DNA of 64,000 nt. Origin: Gemmatimonadales bacterium. Lineage in GTDB: Bacteria; Gemmatimonadota; Gemmatimonadetes; Gemmatimonadales; GWC2-71-9. The notes under the pieces are model-generated. The model was not told the DNA's origin, did not search any database, and saw only the letters and a list, made by a program, of their open reading frames with translations. Below, in pieces: positions 36,477 to 45,686 of the stretch. The DNA is taken from NCBI GenBank assembly GCA_035287045.1, contig DATECF010000256.1, forward strand, positions 43,125 to 107,124, read 5' to 3'. The position numbers and the translations under genes are program-made. Position 1 is the stretch's first letter, and the number at the start of each line of letters is the position of its first letter.

Positions 36477-38189
36477 TCAGAACCCCCCGCCCCCTCCACC
36501 GCCCGACCCACCACCCGACGACCCGCCGCTGAACCCCGAGCCGCCCGAGCTCCGCGGTGCGCTGCTCATGGCGCTGCCTGCTCGGGTGGAGAGGTCGGAC
36601 AGGCGGCTCGAGAACGTGCCGGCGTTGAAGCCCATCGGGTTGGTGCCGACGTACCAGGTAGGCGGCTCGCGGTACACGTCCCGGAACGCGTTGGCCCATC
36701 TCCGCTCCACCCCAAAAGCCATCGCGTAGGGCAGGAAGCGCTCGAACATCTCCGGCGTCTTGATGACGCGCTCGAAGCGATCACCCTCGACCCGATCGAG
36801 AAACTCCTCGAAACCCAGGACCCGCTCGCGCTGCCGCGCACCAAGCACAGTGCGCGCCGGCATGACGAGCCCGAACAGCGCCACGATGAGCGTGCTCAAC
36901 CCCGCCGCCACGATGACGGTCACCATACTGAGGCCGGATGTCGCTCCGGCGGTGGTTCCCAGCGCGGTCAGGATCACGCCCAGGAACGCGGCGCCGGTCA
37001 CCCAGCGGACCTTCACGCGGTCCGGCCGGGCGCGGTACAGCCCCCGCTGAATCAGCCGGTCGAAGACGCTTGTCCGGATGGCGGGCAACTCCACATAAAA
37101 CTCATTCTCCAGATCCGACAGCCGGACGGTCCGCTGACCGTGCTGGAACAAGCCGCCCAACACCCGCGACTCATGCGGCTCGAGCCCTCTTGCGCCCGCC
37201 GCCGGCTCGGTCCGGTGGAAGACGTACTCCCGGCGTTTCCACAGCCCCAGGAATGCCTCCTCTTCCCGCTCCTCGATCTTGAGATACCCTCGAACGGCGA
37301 GATCCACCATGGTCGCCGTGATGTCCCGCAGGTCCACCGAGGCATCCATCAGCGTGCCGGCCTCGGCCGGCGTCATCCCGCCCGGCGGCTCGTACTGCAC
37401 CGTGACCGGCAGCCTGGCCGGATCGCGTCCTACCCGGTACCAGAGCCCGAACATCCCGAGGAATACCGCGACCGGAATGGCGAGGGGCCAGTTACTCGCC
37501 AGGAATCCCGCGGCCCGCTCCGCCTGAGTGGGCTCCGTCACCGCACCCTTGTCCCACCCTACCACGGCGGTCAAGCCCTCGCGAAAGCCCAGCGGCGTGG
37601 GCAGGACCACGCCCAGCGTGGTTCCGGAGATGGTGAGCTCGGCGTCCCGGGCGGTGGACCCGTAGGGACCGTTGAACGCGGTGGCGCGCACTCCCGTCGC
37701 CGACGCGGGCAGCTCGATCCGCGCCGAGGCCGCCTCGATCGGCACGTCCCATTCATCCCCGGTGATGTTCCAGTACAGCTCGTCGTGATCCTCGAAGAAC
37801 CGGAGCCCGTTGGCCGCCCGGTATCGCAGCACCACGGTGCGGGTCGCATCCTGGGCACCGGGCACCCAGATCTTGTACTTGAGGTAGTGGCGCTCCCGGG
37901 AGCTCTCCACCTTGAGTGGGCGGCCCTCGCCGTCCGTGGCGCCCAGCAGGGTCAGGCGAAGGGTCCAGCTGAATCCCTGGGGCGTGCGGTACCCCACCGG
38001 CACGGTGCGGTAGATCCCGTTCCACGAACCGGTGAACGCGACGGTAATGGACTCCGTGACGTTCACCGCCCCATCGCGGTTCACCACGATCGCGGCGTCG
38101 AAGCGCTTGATCGCGAGCGAGCGCTGGGCCCACACCACGCGGGGGAGGAGGAGCAGCGCCAGCGCCAGCAAACCTCCCAGGGGTCTCAC
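36477..38189 (-). CDS. DUF2207 family membrane protein
   Basis: Signal peptide, an extracellular domain, three or four TM helices and a Gly/Ser-rich tail ending GGGSGGGGGGGF. It has the canonical LemA-DUF2207 pairing and overlaps lemA by 4 nt. Confidence 0.8.
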   Translation of the reverse strand: MRPLGGLLALALLLLPRVVWAQRSLAIKRFDAAIVVNRDGAVNVTESITVAFTGSWNGIYRTVPVGYRTPQGFSWTLRLTLLGATDGEGRPLKVESSRERHYLKYKIWVPGAQDATRTVVLRYRAANGLRFFEDHDELYWNITGDEWDVPIEAASARIELPASATGVRATAFNGPYGSTARDAELTISGTTLGVVLPTPLGFREGLTAVVGWDKGAVTEPTQAERAAGFLASNWPLAIPVAVFLGMFGLWYRVGRDPARLPVTVQYEPPGGMTPAEAGTLMDASVDLRDITATMVDLAVRGYLKIEEREEEAFLGLWKRREYVFHRTEPAAGARGLEPHESRVLGGLFQHGQRTVRLSDLENEFYVELPAIRTSVFDRLIQRGLYRARPDRVKVRWVTGAAFLGVILTALGTTAGATSGLSMVTVIVAAGLSTLIVALFGLVMPARTVLGARQRERVLGFEEFLDRVEGDRFERVIKTPEMFERFLPYAMAFGVERRWANAFRDVYREPPTWYVGTNPMGFNAGTFSSRLSDLSTRAGSAMSSAPRSSGGSGFSGGSSGGGSGGGGGGGF

Positions 38190-38743
38190 GTGCGGGTCTC
38201 CAGGTCGATCGCCGGCACCGCCCCTTCCCGGTCATCGGCGAGCCCAAAGAACTCGGCCGGCTGGAACCCGAACGCGCGGGCTACCAGCACGGCAGGGAAC
38301 TGCTGAGTCATGACGTTGAAGTCGCGGACGACCGCGTTGTAATAGCGGCGCGCGTGCTGGATGTGGTCTTCGATCTCGGTGAGGCTCCGCTGAAGCGACA
38401 GATAGCTCTCGGCGGCGCGAAGATCGGGATACGCCTCCGCCACGGCGAAGATCTGACGCACGGACCCGGCAAGCGCCCGTTCCGCCTCACCCGCCGCGCC
38501 GGGCCCGCGCGCCAGGACGGCGCGGCTCCGCGCTTCCGCCAGGGCCTCCAGCGTGCCCTTTTCGTATCCCGCATGCCCCTTCACCGCGGCCACCAGCGAG
38601 GGGATCAGGTCGTGCCGGCGCTTGAGCTGGACGTCGATGTCCGCCCAGGCATTCCCGATGAGCAACCGCAGGCGGGCGAGACGGTTGTACATGAGGACGC
38701 CGGCGACGGCGAGCACGGCGAGGATGGTCAGGAACAGGCCCAT
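38186..38743 (-). CDS. lemA: LemA family protein
   Basis: N-terminal TM helix, YNRLARLR...NAWADIDVQLKRRHDLIP and RRYYNAVVRDFN motifs. Confidence 0.9.
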   Translation of the reverse strand: MGLFLTILAVLAVAGVLMYNRLARLRLLIGNAWADIDVQLKRRHDLIPSLVAAVKGHAGYEKGTLEALAEARSRAVLARGPGAAGEAERALAGSVRQIFAVAEAYPDLRAAESYLSLQRSLTEIEDHIQHARRYYNAVVRDFNVMTQQFPAVLVARAFGFQPAEFFGLADDREGAVPAIDLETRT

Positions 38744-38764
38744 CAGACATCTCCCGGAGCGGAA

Positions 38765-39520
38765 TCAAAGCCGCTCGGCCGACCGTAACAAGACCAGGCA
38801 TTCGTCATAGTAGAGCACCTCCGCGCCCGCCGTGTCCCGCTCCGCATTCAGGCGCATGGCCCGCGCGAGATCTTGAACCCGGATCTGGTGAAAGCGGGAA
38901 GGCAGGAGCCTCGATGCCCACGGAACCAGGCGCTGCGTGAGCCAGTCCTGGAAACCGTAGCGCAGCTTCTCCGTTACCAGGACGCTGGGCCGGTACAGGC
39001 TCAATCGCGGAAACCCCAAAGCCCGATAGCGCTCTTCGACGGCACCCTTGACCCGCAGGTAGTAGCTGGACGAACGCGGGTTGGCGCCGAGGGCCCCGAG
39101 CAGCGACATGTGCCGCACCCCCGCGTCCTTGCAGGCCCGCGCAAAGGCGGTCGCGTACTCCACGTCCACGTTCCAGAACACCTCGCGCGGCACCTTGCGG
39201 GGCTGGCCGATCCCCATGGTGCAGAACGCGGCCTCGCAGCCGGCGGCGGGCTCGCGCGCCTGCAGGTCCACCCGATCCATGTCCACGACGCGCTGGGTCA
39301 GCTTGGCCGCCCCGGCAGCGCTCGCGAACATGCCCGTCGCCCGCCGCGTGAGGATCGTGACCGCGGTGCATCGAGGCGACGCCAGCAGCTCGCGCACCAG
39401 GGCGGACCCCACCGCGCCGGTGGCCCCGATGGCCAGGGCCCGGTAGGGGGTCACCGGCCTCCGCCCAGGGTCTTCATACTCGAGCGGGCTAAGGTACCCG
39501 GCCTCTTGCCCCGGCGCCAC
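38765..39520 (-). CDS. NAD(P)H-binding oxidoreductase (atypical SDR, HTATIP2-like)
   Basis: Rossmann motif AIGATGAVGSALV. The start may instead be GTG 39454. Confidence 0.7.
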   Translation of the reverse strand: MAPGQEAGYLSPLEYEDPGRRPVTPYRALAIGATGAVGSALVRELLASPRCTAVTILTRRATGMFASAAGAAKLTQRVVDMDRVDLQAREPAAGCEAAFCTMGIGQPRKVPREVFWNVDVEYATAFARACKDAGVRHMSLLGALGANPRSSSYYLRVKGAVEERYRALGFPRLSLYRPSVLVTEKLRYGFQDWLTQRLVPWASRLLPSRFHQIRVQDLARAMRLNAERDTAGAEVLYYDECLVLLRSAERL

Positions 39521-39554
39521 GCAGGGTGCAGTTTAGACGCTGAATCCCTCACAT

Positions 39555-40694
39555 ATGGTGTCGTACGTGCTCGCAGCCCCAGTGAAGTTCGAGGGTCGCG
39601 CCGCGGAGTTTGTGGCGGAGCTGAAGGAACGCGTGGACGCCTATTTCGACGAGCGCGGTCTGTCACGCCATGCCGACTGGCGGATGATCGCCAGGACCCT
39701 CTCGGCCTTCTCGCTGACGTTCATTCCCTACGCCCTGATCCTGACCAACCGGTTCGACCCGTGGACCATGCTGATCCTGGCCATCGTGATGGGGGTCGGC
39801 GTGGCGGGCATCGGGTTCGGGGTCTCCCACGACGCCCTGCATGGCGCCTATTCGGCCAATCCCGCCGTCAACCGGCTGCTGGGCTATTCGTTCGACTTGC
39901 TGGGCGCCAACGGGTACCTGTGGAAGATCACCCACAACGTCATTCATCATACCTATACCAACATCCAGGGCGTGGACGAGGACCTCGAGGTCTCGCCGCT
40001 GATTCGCCTGTCCCCGCGCTCCGAGTGGCGGCCGATCCACCGCATCCAGCCGGTCTTCGCGTTCGTGCTGTATGGCCTCTCGACCATCTTCTGGGTCTTC
40101 GCCAAGGATTACAAGTACTTTCTGCAGAAGAACCTGGGGCCCTACCAGAACAAGAAGCACCCGCCGGCTGAGATCGCCATCCTGATGGTGGGCAAGCTGG
40201 TGTACTACGGCTGGTCGGTGGTCATCCCGTTCCTGGTGGTGCAGGTGGCCTGGTGGCAGTTCGCGATCGGTTATGCCGCCATGCACCTCACGGCCGGTCT
40301 CACGCTCGGCGTGGTGTTCCAGCTGGCGCACGTGGTTGAAGGGGCCGAGCATTTGGCACCGGACGCCGGCGGGCGGATGGAACCGGCGTGGATGGTGCAC
40401 CAGATGCGGACCACGTCGAACTTCTCCACCGGCAGCAAGCTCCTCACGTGGTACGTGGGCGGGCTGAACCACCAGGTGGAGCACCACCTGTTCCCCAGGG
40501 TGTGCAGCATCCACTACCCGGCGATCCGCCCCATCCTGCGCGAGGTGGCGGCCAAGTACGGCGTACCGTATCACGAGCAACCCACGCTCTGGGCGGCCAT
40601 CCGGTCGCACTACCACATGCTCAGGGAGTTCAGCCGGCCACCGGTCACGGCAGCGCCCCAGGTGGTGGCGGCTACCGGATGTTCCACCCGTTGA
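39555..40694 (+). CDS. membrane fatty acid desaturase
   Basis: Three His boxes: HDALHG, HNVIHHTYTN, HQVEHHLFP. Confidence 0.9.
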   Translation: MVSYVLAAPVKFEGRAAEFVAELKERVDAYFDERGLSRHADWRMIARTLSAFSLTFIPYALILTNRFDPWTMLILAIVMGVGVAGIGFGVSHDALHGAYSANPAVNRLLGYSFDLLGANGYLWKITHNVIHHTYTNIQGVDEDLEVSPLIRLSPRSEWRPIHRIQPVFAFVLYGLSTIFWVFAKDYKYFLQKNLGPYQNKKHPPAEIAILMVGKLVYYGWSVVIPFLVVQVAWWQFAIGYAAMHLTAGLTLGVVFQLAHVVEGAEHLAPDAGGRMEPAWMVHQMRTTSNFSTGSKLLTWYVGGLNHQVEHHLFPRVCSIHYPAIRPILREVAAKYGVPYHEQPTLWAAIRSHYHMLREFSRPPVTAAPQVVAATGCSTR

Positions 40695-41973
40695 CCGGCC
40701 CGCCGTGGAAGAACTTCTCGGGCGTCATCACCCCGTCCCGCTTGAACACCACGCCATCCTTCAGCACGAACCGCACCTCCCGCAGCGCGTCAATGTTCTG
40801 GAGCGGGTTTCCCGGCACCGCGATCAGATCGGCCGCATAGCCGACCTTGATCGGGCCGCGTGAGGTGTAGGTCTCGCTCGCCTTGAAGCCGTTGACGGTC
40901 ATGGCCCGCAGGATGTCCGCCGGAGGAATTCCCGCCGCTTTCCAGGTCTCGATGAACTCGATCGCCACCTCGCCCCGGGTCTTGCCCGGCACGTAGTAAT
41001 CGGCGTCGGTGGAAAAGGTGAGCGGCACCTGGTTGTCGTAGGCGTTCTTGAGGCCCGCGACCGTGGCCTGATACCGCTGGGGCGTGGTGTGCCCCGTCAG
41101 CGAGATCGGCGTCTCCGTGCCGGCGCGCCAGATGCCCTTTTGCGCCATCAGTTTGTGCATCTCGTCGGTCAGCCCGCGATCGTGCGCGATGGACCAGATG
41201 CCGGCCTCGATGGCGCGCCGCGCGCCGTCCACCGTTTGCACGTGCCCTTCCACCTTGAGCCCCGCTTTGGCCGCCTCGGCGATGAACAGCGTGATCTCAT
41301 CGACGGTGTAGCCCCAGGGCTTACAGTCCACGCAGATCTTGATGACCCTGGCGCCGAACAGGGCGTTCTGTCGGACCGCCTTGACGATCTCGTCCGGCGT
41401 GTCCGCGTCGAGGTACTCCGGATACACGATAGACTTCCCCATGGCCATTTCCGGCGTGGGCCAGAACTGCCCGCCGAAGCCGCCGATGATGATCCCGGAG
41501 TTGATGATGGTCGGGCCGGGGATCCAGCCCTGCTCGATGGCGATCCGCAGCGCGGCATCGGCGTAATTGCCGTTGTTCCCCATGTCGCGGACGATGGTGA
41601 ACCCGGACGACAGCATCTGGATGCCGTTGGACACCGCCTGGATGGCCCGGAGCGGCGTGCCGTCCAGGACGTACGTCAGGTAATAGACGTTGCTCTCGGG
41701 CTCCGCCTTGTACGTGAGGGCGAGGTGGTTGTGCGCGTCCACCAGCCCCGGGAGCACCGTGAGCTGGGAAAGGTCAATGACCTCGGCGCCTTGGGGGATG
41801 GTCACCGTCGGGCCGATAGCGCGGAATCGCCCGCCTTCCACCAGAATCACCTGATTGACCGCCACCGTCCCCGCCTCCGGATCAACCAGCCGACCGGCTC
41901 GGATGGCAGTCACCTGACCCTCGGCGGACGACGCGGCGAACGCGAGCACGGCAGCAACCAGCCCGATGCGCAT
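40672..41973 (-). CDS. amidohydrolase family protein (metal-dependent, secreted)
   Basis: Signal peptide and GLVDAHNHL metal motif. It overlaps the desaturase 3' end convergently by 23 nt. Confidence 0.85.
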   Translation of the reverse strand: MRIGLVAAVLAFAASSAEGQVTAIRAGRLVDPEAGTVAVNQVILVEGGRFRAIGPTVTIPQGAEVIDLSQLTVLPGLVDAHNHLALTYKAEPESNVYYLTYVLDGTPLRAIQAVSNGIQMLSSGFTIVRDMGNNGNYADAALRIAIEQGWIPGPTIINSGIIIGGFGGQFWPTPEMAMGKSIVYPEYLDADTPDEIVKAVRQNALFGARVIKICVDCKPWGYTVDEITLFIAEAAKAGLKVEGHVQTVDGARRAIEAGIWSIAHDRGLTDEMHKLMAQKGIWRAGTETPISLTGHTTPQRYQATVAGLKNAYDNQVPLTFSTDADYYVPGKTRGEVAIEFIETWKAAGIPPADILRAMTVNGFKASETYTSRGPIKVGYAADLIAVPGNPLQNIDALREVRFVLKDGVVFKRDGVMTPEKFFHGGPVNGWNIR

Positions 41974-42025
41974 AATCTCTACTCCTTTGCGGTGAACTAG
42001 GGTGGATTATCCCGTTCGCTGTTCA

Positions 42026-42052
42026 TCTCTGCGTTTCTCTGCGCTCTCTGCG
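42026..42052. repeat. three copies of TCTCTGCG at 10/9-nt spacing
   Basis: Copies at 42026, 42036 and 42045, in the intergenic space between the kinase stop and the amidohydrolase start. Confidence 0.7.
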
Positions 42053-42086
42053 GTAGCCTACCTCGCCGCAGCGAGGCGCCGGGCGC

Positions 42087-44327
42087 TTAGAGCCGGAGCT
42101 CCTGCACCAGGGCCTCAAACCGTGGTTCGCCGCGCAGGGGATCCAGCAGCGGGTGCACCCTGAGATACGCCAGCCACCCGCGCCGCTCCGCGTACGCGCG
42201 CTCGGCCCAGTCCAACGCCCCAGCGTGATCGTCCAGGGCCAGGTGCAGCGTGGCGAACGCCACCGGCGAGACGTAGCCGGCCGCCGCGCGCGCGTGCAGT
42301 TGATCGAGCAGGGCCTGCGCCTCCGCGCGCTTGCCGGCGCGGGCCAGGACCCATCCAAGCGAGGCGATGGTATACGCTCCGGCACCCGGCAACGCCAGGG
42401 CCTGCCGCAGTACCTGCTCGGCCCCACCGAGATCGCCCGCCAGCGCCTGCGACAGGCCCAGGATCCGGCAGGTCTCCTCCGCGGCGGGGTTCATGGCGAG
42501 CGCACGACTCAGGTGGTAGATCGCCTGAGCGTAGCGCCGCGCGTAGAAGTAGAGCCAGCCCGCGCCGCGCCGCACGGACACGGAAGCGGGATCCAGCTCC
42601 AGCGCCGTGTGCCCCTCGATGATGCCTTCCTCCACCTTCCCGCGCGCCGCCAGGAGGAAGGCATACCACTGGTGCGCCGACGCATACCGGGGATTCAGCT
42701 CGATGGCCCGGCGGAATTCGCGGTCCGCCTCGTCCCATTCCCAATCGTAGATGAACAGCGCCCAGGCCAGCGACGAGTGCGCCTCCGCCAGGGCCTCGTC
42801 CAGCGCCAGCGCCTGTCGCGCGTAGCCTTTGGCGCGCTCGAACCCCTGGGCCACCGGCACGCTCCGGTAATCCAGCTGCAGGGCGTACGAGTCGGCCAGG
42901 CCGGTGTAGGCCAGCGCATAGCGCGGGTCCTCGGCAATGGCCTGCTCGAAGTAACCGATCGCCTCCGCGATCCCCTCCTGGGTGCGCTTGTTCCAGGCGT
43001 GGCGCCCTTGGAGATACAAGGCGTAGGCGCGGACGTTTTCCGTGTAGCGCCGGGGGATCGGGGTCGCCAGGTGGGCAAACGACGTCGCGCGCAGCGTGTC
43101 CACGATGGTGCGAGCCAGCTCGTCCTGAACCGCGAACACGTCGTCCAGCCGGCGGTCGTAGCGCTCGGACCAGATCAGCCGCCCGTCGTCCGTGGAGCTC
43201 ATCTGCGCAGTGATCCGGAGCCGATCCCCCGCGCGGCGGACCGACCCCTCCAGCACCCACGCGGCGCCCAGCAACGCGCCGATGGCTCGTACATCCTGGG
43301 CCTTCCCCTTGAGCGCAAACACCGACGTGCGCGACGCCACCCGGAGCCCTTCCACGTTGGCCAAGGCGGTGATCAGCTCGTCCGTGATACCGTCGCTCAG
43401 GTACTCGTTTTCCGCGTCCGGGCTGGCGTTGACGAAGGGCAACACGGCGATGCAGCGCGTGGCCACCGAGAGGGCCGGGGCCGCACCGGTGGCGTCGGCT
43501 CCACGCTCCAGCGCCGTGGCGAACTCGCCGAAGCTCGCGAAGCGGTCCTCGGGGTTCTTGGCCAGCGCCCGTTCCAAGGCGCCCTCCACCGACGCCGGTG
43601 CGTCCGGGCGGAGCAGCCGGACCGGGCGTGGGAGCTCCGTCACCTGCCGGGCCATGGTGGACCGTGCCTTGTCGCCTCCGAGCGGCGGCTCGCCGGCCAG
43701 CATCTCGTACACCACACACGCCAGGCTGTAGAGGTCGCTGCGCGCGTCCAGGTCCAGCTCGCCGCTCGCCTGCTCCGGACTCATGTACTCCGGGGTCCCC
43801 AGGGCGAGCCCCACCTCCGTGAGCGCGGCCATCCCCGGAGCGCAGCAGGCCCGGGCCACGCCGAAATCCGCCAGCACCGCGTGGCCGTCGGCGAACAGGA
43901 TGTTCTCCGGCTTGACGTCCCGGTGGACGAAACCCTGGCGGTTGGCGTAGTCCAGCGCCGCGCCGATCTCCCGCGCGATGCGCACGGCCTCCGCGACGCC
44001 CATCCGGCCCTCGCGGCGCAGCCGCTCGCGCAACGAGCCATCCGGCACGTAGGGCGTCACGTAGTACAGCACCCCGTCCGCGTCGCCGGAATCCAGCAGC
44101 GGCAGGATGTGGGGATGCGACAGCCGGGCCGCGATCCTGATCTCCCGGAGGAAGCGCTCGGCCCCCACGGAGGCCGCCAGGTCGGGCTTGAGCACCTTGA
44201 CCGCCACCCGCCGCCCGTGCTTGCGGTCTTCGGCGAGATACACGGTCGCCATTCCGCCGCGGCCGAGCGGAGATTCGATGACGTAGCGGCCGGCCAACGC
44301 TTGCCGCAGGCTGTCGAGAGCGGTCAT
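42087..44327 (-). CDS. Ser/Thr protein kinase with TolB-N-like and TPR domains
   Basis: GRGGMATVY...VAVK, HRDVKPENI, DFG, then an AVLPF...YLSDGITDELI module and C-terminal TPRs. Confidence 0.9.
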   Translation of the reverse strand: MTALDSLRQALAGRYVIESPLGRGGMATVYLAEDRKHGRRVAVKVLKPDLAASVGAERFLREIRIAARLSHPHILPLLDSGDADGVLYYVTPYVPDGSLRERLRREGRMGVAEAVRIAREIGAALDYANRQGFVHRDVKPENILFADGHAVLADFGVARACCAPGMAALTEVGLALGTPEYMSPEQASGELDLDARSDLYSLACVVYEMLAGEPPLGGDKARSTMARQVTELPRPVRLLRPDAPASVEGALERALAKNPEDRFASFGEFATALERGADATGAAPALSVATRCIAVLPFVNASPDAENEYLSDGITDELITALANVEGLRVASRTSVFALKGKAQDVRAIGALLGAAWVLEGSVRRAGDRLRITAQMSSTDDGRLIWSERYDRRLDDVFAVQDELARTIVDTLRATSFAHLATPIPRRYTENVRAYALYLQGRHAWNKRTQEGIAEAIGYFEQAIAEDPRYALAYTGLADSYALQLDYRSVPVAQGFERAKGYARQALALDEALAEAHSSLAWALFIYDWEWDEADREFRRAIELNPRYASAHQWYAFLLAARGKVEEGIIEGHTALELDPASVSVRRGAGWLYFYARRYAQAIYHLSRALAMNPAAEETCRILGLSQALAGDLGGAEQVLRQALALPGAGAYTIASLGWVLARAGKRAEAQALLDQLHARAAAGYVSPVAFATLHLALDDHAGALDWAERAYAERRGWLAYLRVHPLLDPLRGEPRFEALVQELRL

Positions 44328-44379
44328 GATGATGGACCCACAATCTATGCCCGGGACCCGTGCCCGGGCGCGCCAAGGA

Positions 44380-44407
44380 TTGCAATATCAATATTACTTG
44401 ATATATT
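44380..44407 (+). promoter_or_regulatory. candidate arsR promoter with embedded operator palindrome
   Basis: TTGCAA (44380-85), a 16-nt spacer, then TATATT (44402-07). The inverted repeat ATATCAA (44385-91) / TTGATAT (44398-404) overlaps the spacer and the -10 element. The arsR ATG at 44416 is only about 8 nt past the -10. Confidence 0.5.
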
Positions 44408-44415
44408 GAACGTCA

Positions 44416-44757
44416 ATGGTACGATTCAGCCAAGCCGACCGGCGGCGGTTGGCCCGGTGTTGCCACGCCCTCTCGGACGACACCCGGCTCCGGATCCTGG
44501 AGCGGCTCTCGGCCGGTGAGCGTTGCGTGTGCGAGTTGACCGCGGCGCTGGGCGCCGGGCAATCTCGGTTGTCCTTCCACCTGAAGGCGTTGAAGGACGC
44601 CGGGCTGGTGCGGGATCGGCGTGAGGGGCGCTGGATGTACTACTCGCTCAACCCGGAGGCGGTCTCCGAGGCGAGGCGGCTGCTGGAGCTGGTCGCGGCG
44701 AAACCACAACACCAGTTGCCTGTGCTGGCGTCATCAGCGCCTCCTTCGGCACTTTAA
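44416..44757 (+). CDS. arsR: ArsR/SmtB family metalloregulator
   Basis: [15 protein letters not shown], the metal-site CVCEL, and the [13 protein letters not shown] recognition helix. Confidence 0.9.
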   Translation: MVRFSQADRRRLARCCHALSDDTRLRILERLSAGERCVCELTAALGAGQSRLSFHLKALKDAGLVRDRREGRWMYYSLNPEAVSEARRLLELVAAKPQHQLPVLASSAPPSAL

Positions 44758-44802
44758 ATCAATGGTTGTTGATGCACTGTCCTCGACACGGGAGCTGCCG
44801 GT

Positions 44803-45627
44803 ATGGATGAGCCACTGAAGCTGCGGGACGTGGTGCGGGCCAAGTACGGGGCGGCGGCGCGCCAGGCACGGGAGGGCGCCCAGCCAGCCGGCTGTGGCTG
44901 CGGCTCCTCGTGCGGCTGCGATCCCATCACCCAGGACCTGTACCAGGCGGGCGAGACGGCGGGCCTGCCCGCCGAAGCGGTGCTGGCGTCCCTCGGCTGC
45001 GGCAACCCCACGGCCCTGGCGGAGCTTCGCCCCGGGGAGGTGGTGCTGGACCTGGGGTCCGGGGGTGGCATTGACGTCTTGCTCTCGGCCAAGCGCGTGG
45101 GGCCCGGCGGGAAGGCCTACGGTCTGGACATGACAGATGAGATGCTGGAGCTGGCGCGGTCCAACGCGCAAGCGGCCGGCGTGACGAACGTCGAGTTCCT
45201 CAAGGGGGAAATCGAGCGCATCCCGTTACCCAACGACTCGGTGGACGTGATCATCTCCAACTGCGTGATCAACCTGTCGGCGGAGAAGCCGCGGGTCCTG
45301 CGGGAGGCGTTCCGGGTCCTGCGGCCCGGCGGCCGTCTCGCGGTATCGGACGTGGTGGTACGGGGGCCCGTGCCCGAGGAGATTCGCCGCAGCCTGGAGC
45401 TGTGGGTGGGCTGCGTGGCGGGCGCCCTGGAGGTCGAGGAGTTCGAGCGGCTGTTACGGGAGGTGGGGTTCGAGGATCCCTCCATTGAGCCCACCAGGAT
45501 CTATCGCGTGGAGGACGCGCGGGCGTTTCTGATGGAGGCCGGCCTGGACCCGGACCGTCTCGCGCCGGAGGTGGGCGGGCGGATGATGGCGGCGTTCGTG
45601 CGGGCGCGGAAGCCCGGCGGGGCGTGA
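44803..45627 (+). CDS. arsM: arsenite S-adenosylmethionine methyltransferase
   Basis: Cys-rich N-terminus ([10 protein letters not shown]), [17 protein letters not shown], and a conserved Cys in WVGCVAGA. It lies downstream of arsR. Confidence 0.9.
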   Translation: MDEPLKLRDVVRAKYGAAARQAREGAQPAGCGCGSSCGCDPITQDLYQAGETAGLPAEAVLASLGCGNPTALAELRPGEVVLDLGSGGGIDVLLSAKRVGPGGKAYGLDMTDEMLELARSNAQAAGVTNVEFLKGEIERIPLPNDSVDVIISNCVINLSAEKPRVLREAFRVLRPGGRLAVSDVVVRGPVPEEIRRSLELWVGCVAGALEVEEFERLLREVGFEDPSIEPTRIYRVEDARAFLMEAGLDPDRLAPEVGGRMMAAFVRARKPGGA

Positions 45628-45686
45628 CGTCTGACGTCCGGTAAGACTCACCCCAGCTGACGCGCGCCGCTCAGACGTCACGCCCC
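45619..45686. terminator. 16-bp perfect inverted repeat spanning both convergent stop codons
   Basis: GGGGCGTGACGTCTGA (45619-34) and TCAGACGTCACGCCCC (45671-86), separated by 36 nt. Confidence 0.55.

Noticed and set aside
42115-44519. Very long ORFs (758 aa on the minus strand, 788 aa on the plus strand) overlapping the Ser/Thr kinase gene
   Set aside because: Their translations are Arg/Gly/Pro/Ala-rich and low in complexity, with no motifs. This is typical of shadow frames in high-GC DNA. The 42087..44327 frame has clear kinase and TPR motifs. The same reasoning rejects 3674..4957(-), 12025..13806(+), 19161..20714(+), 20751..22358(+), 36420..38306(+), 47645..49999(+), 50751..52904(+), 52968..54248(+), 55400..56515(-) and similar ORFs.
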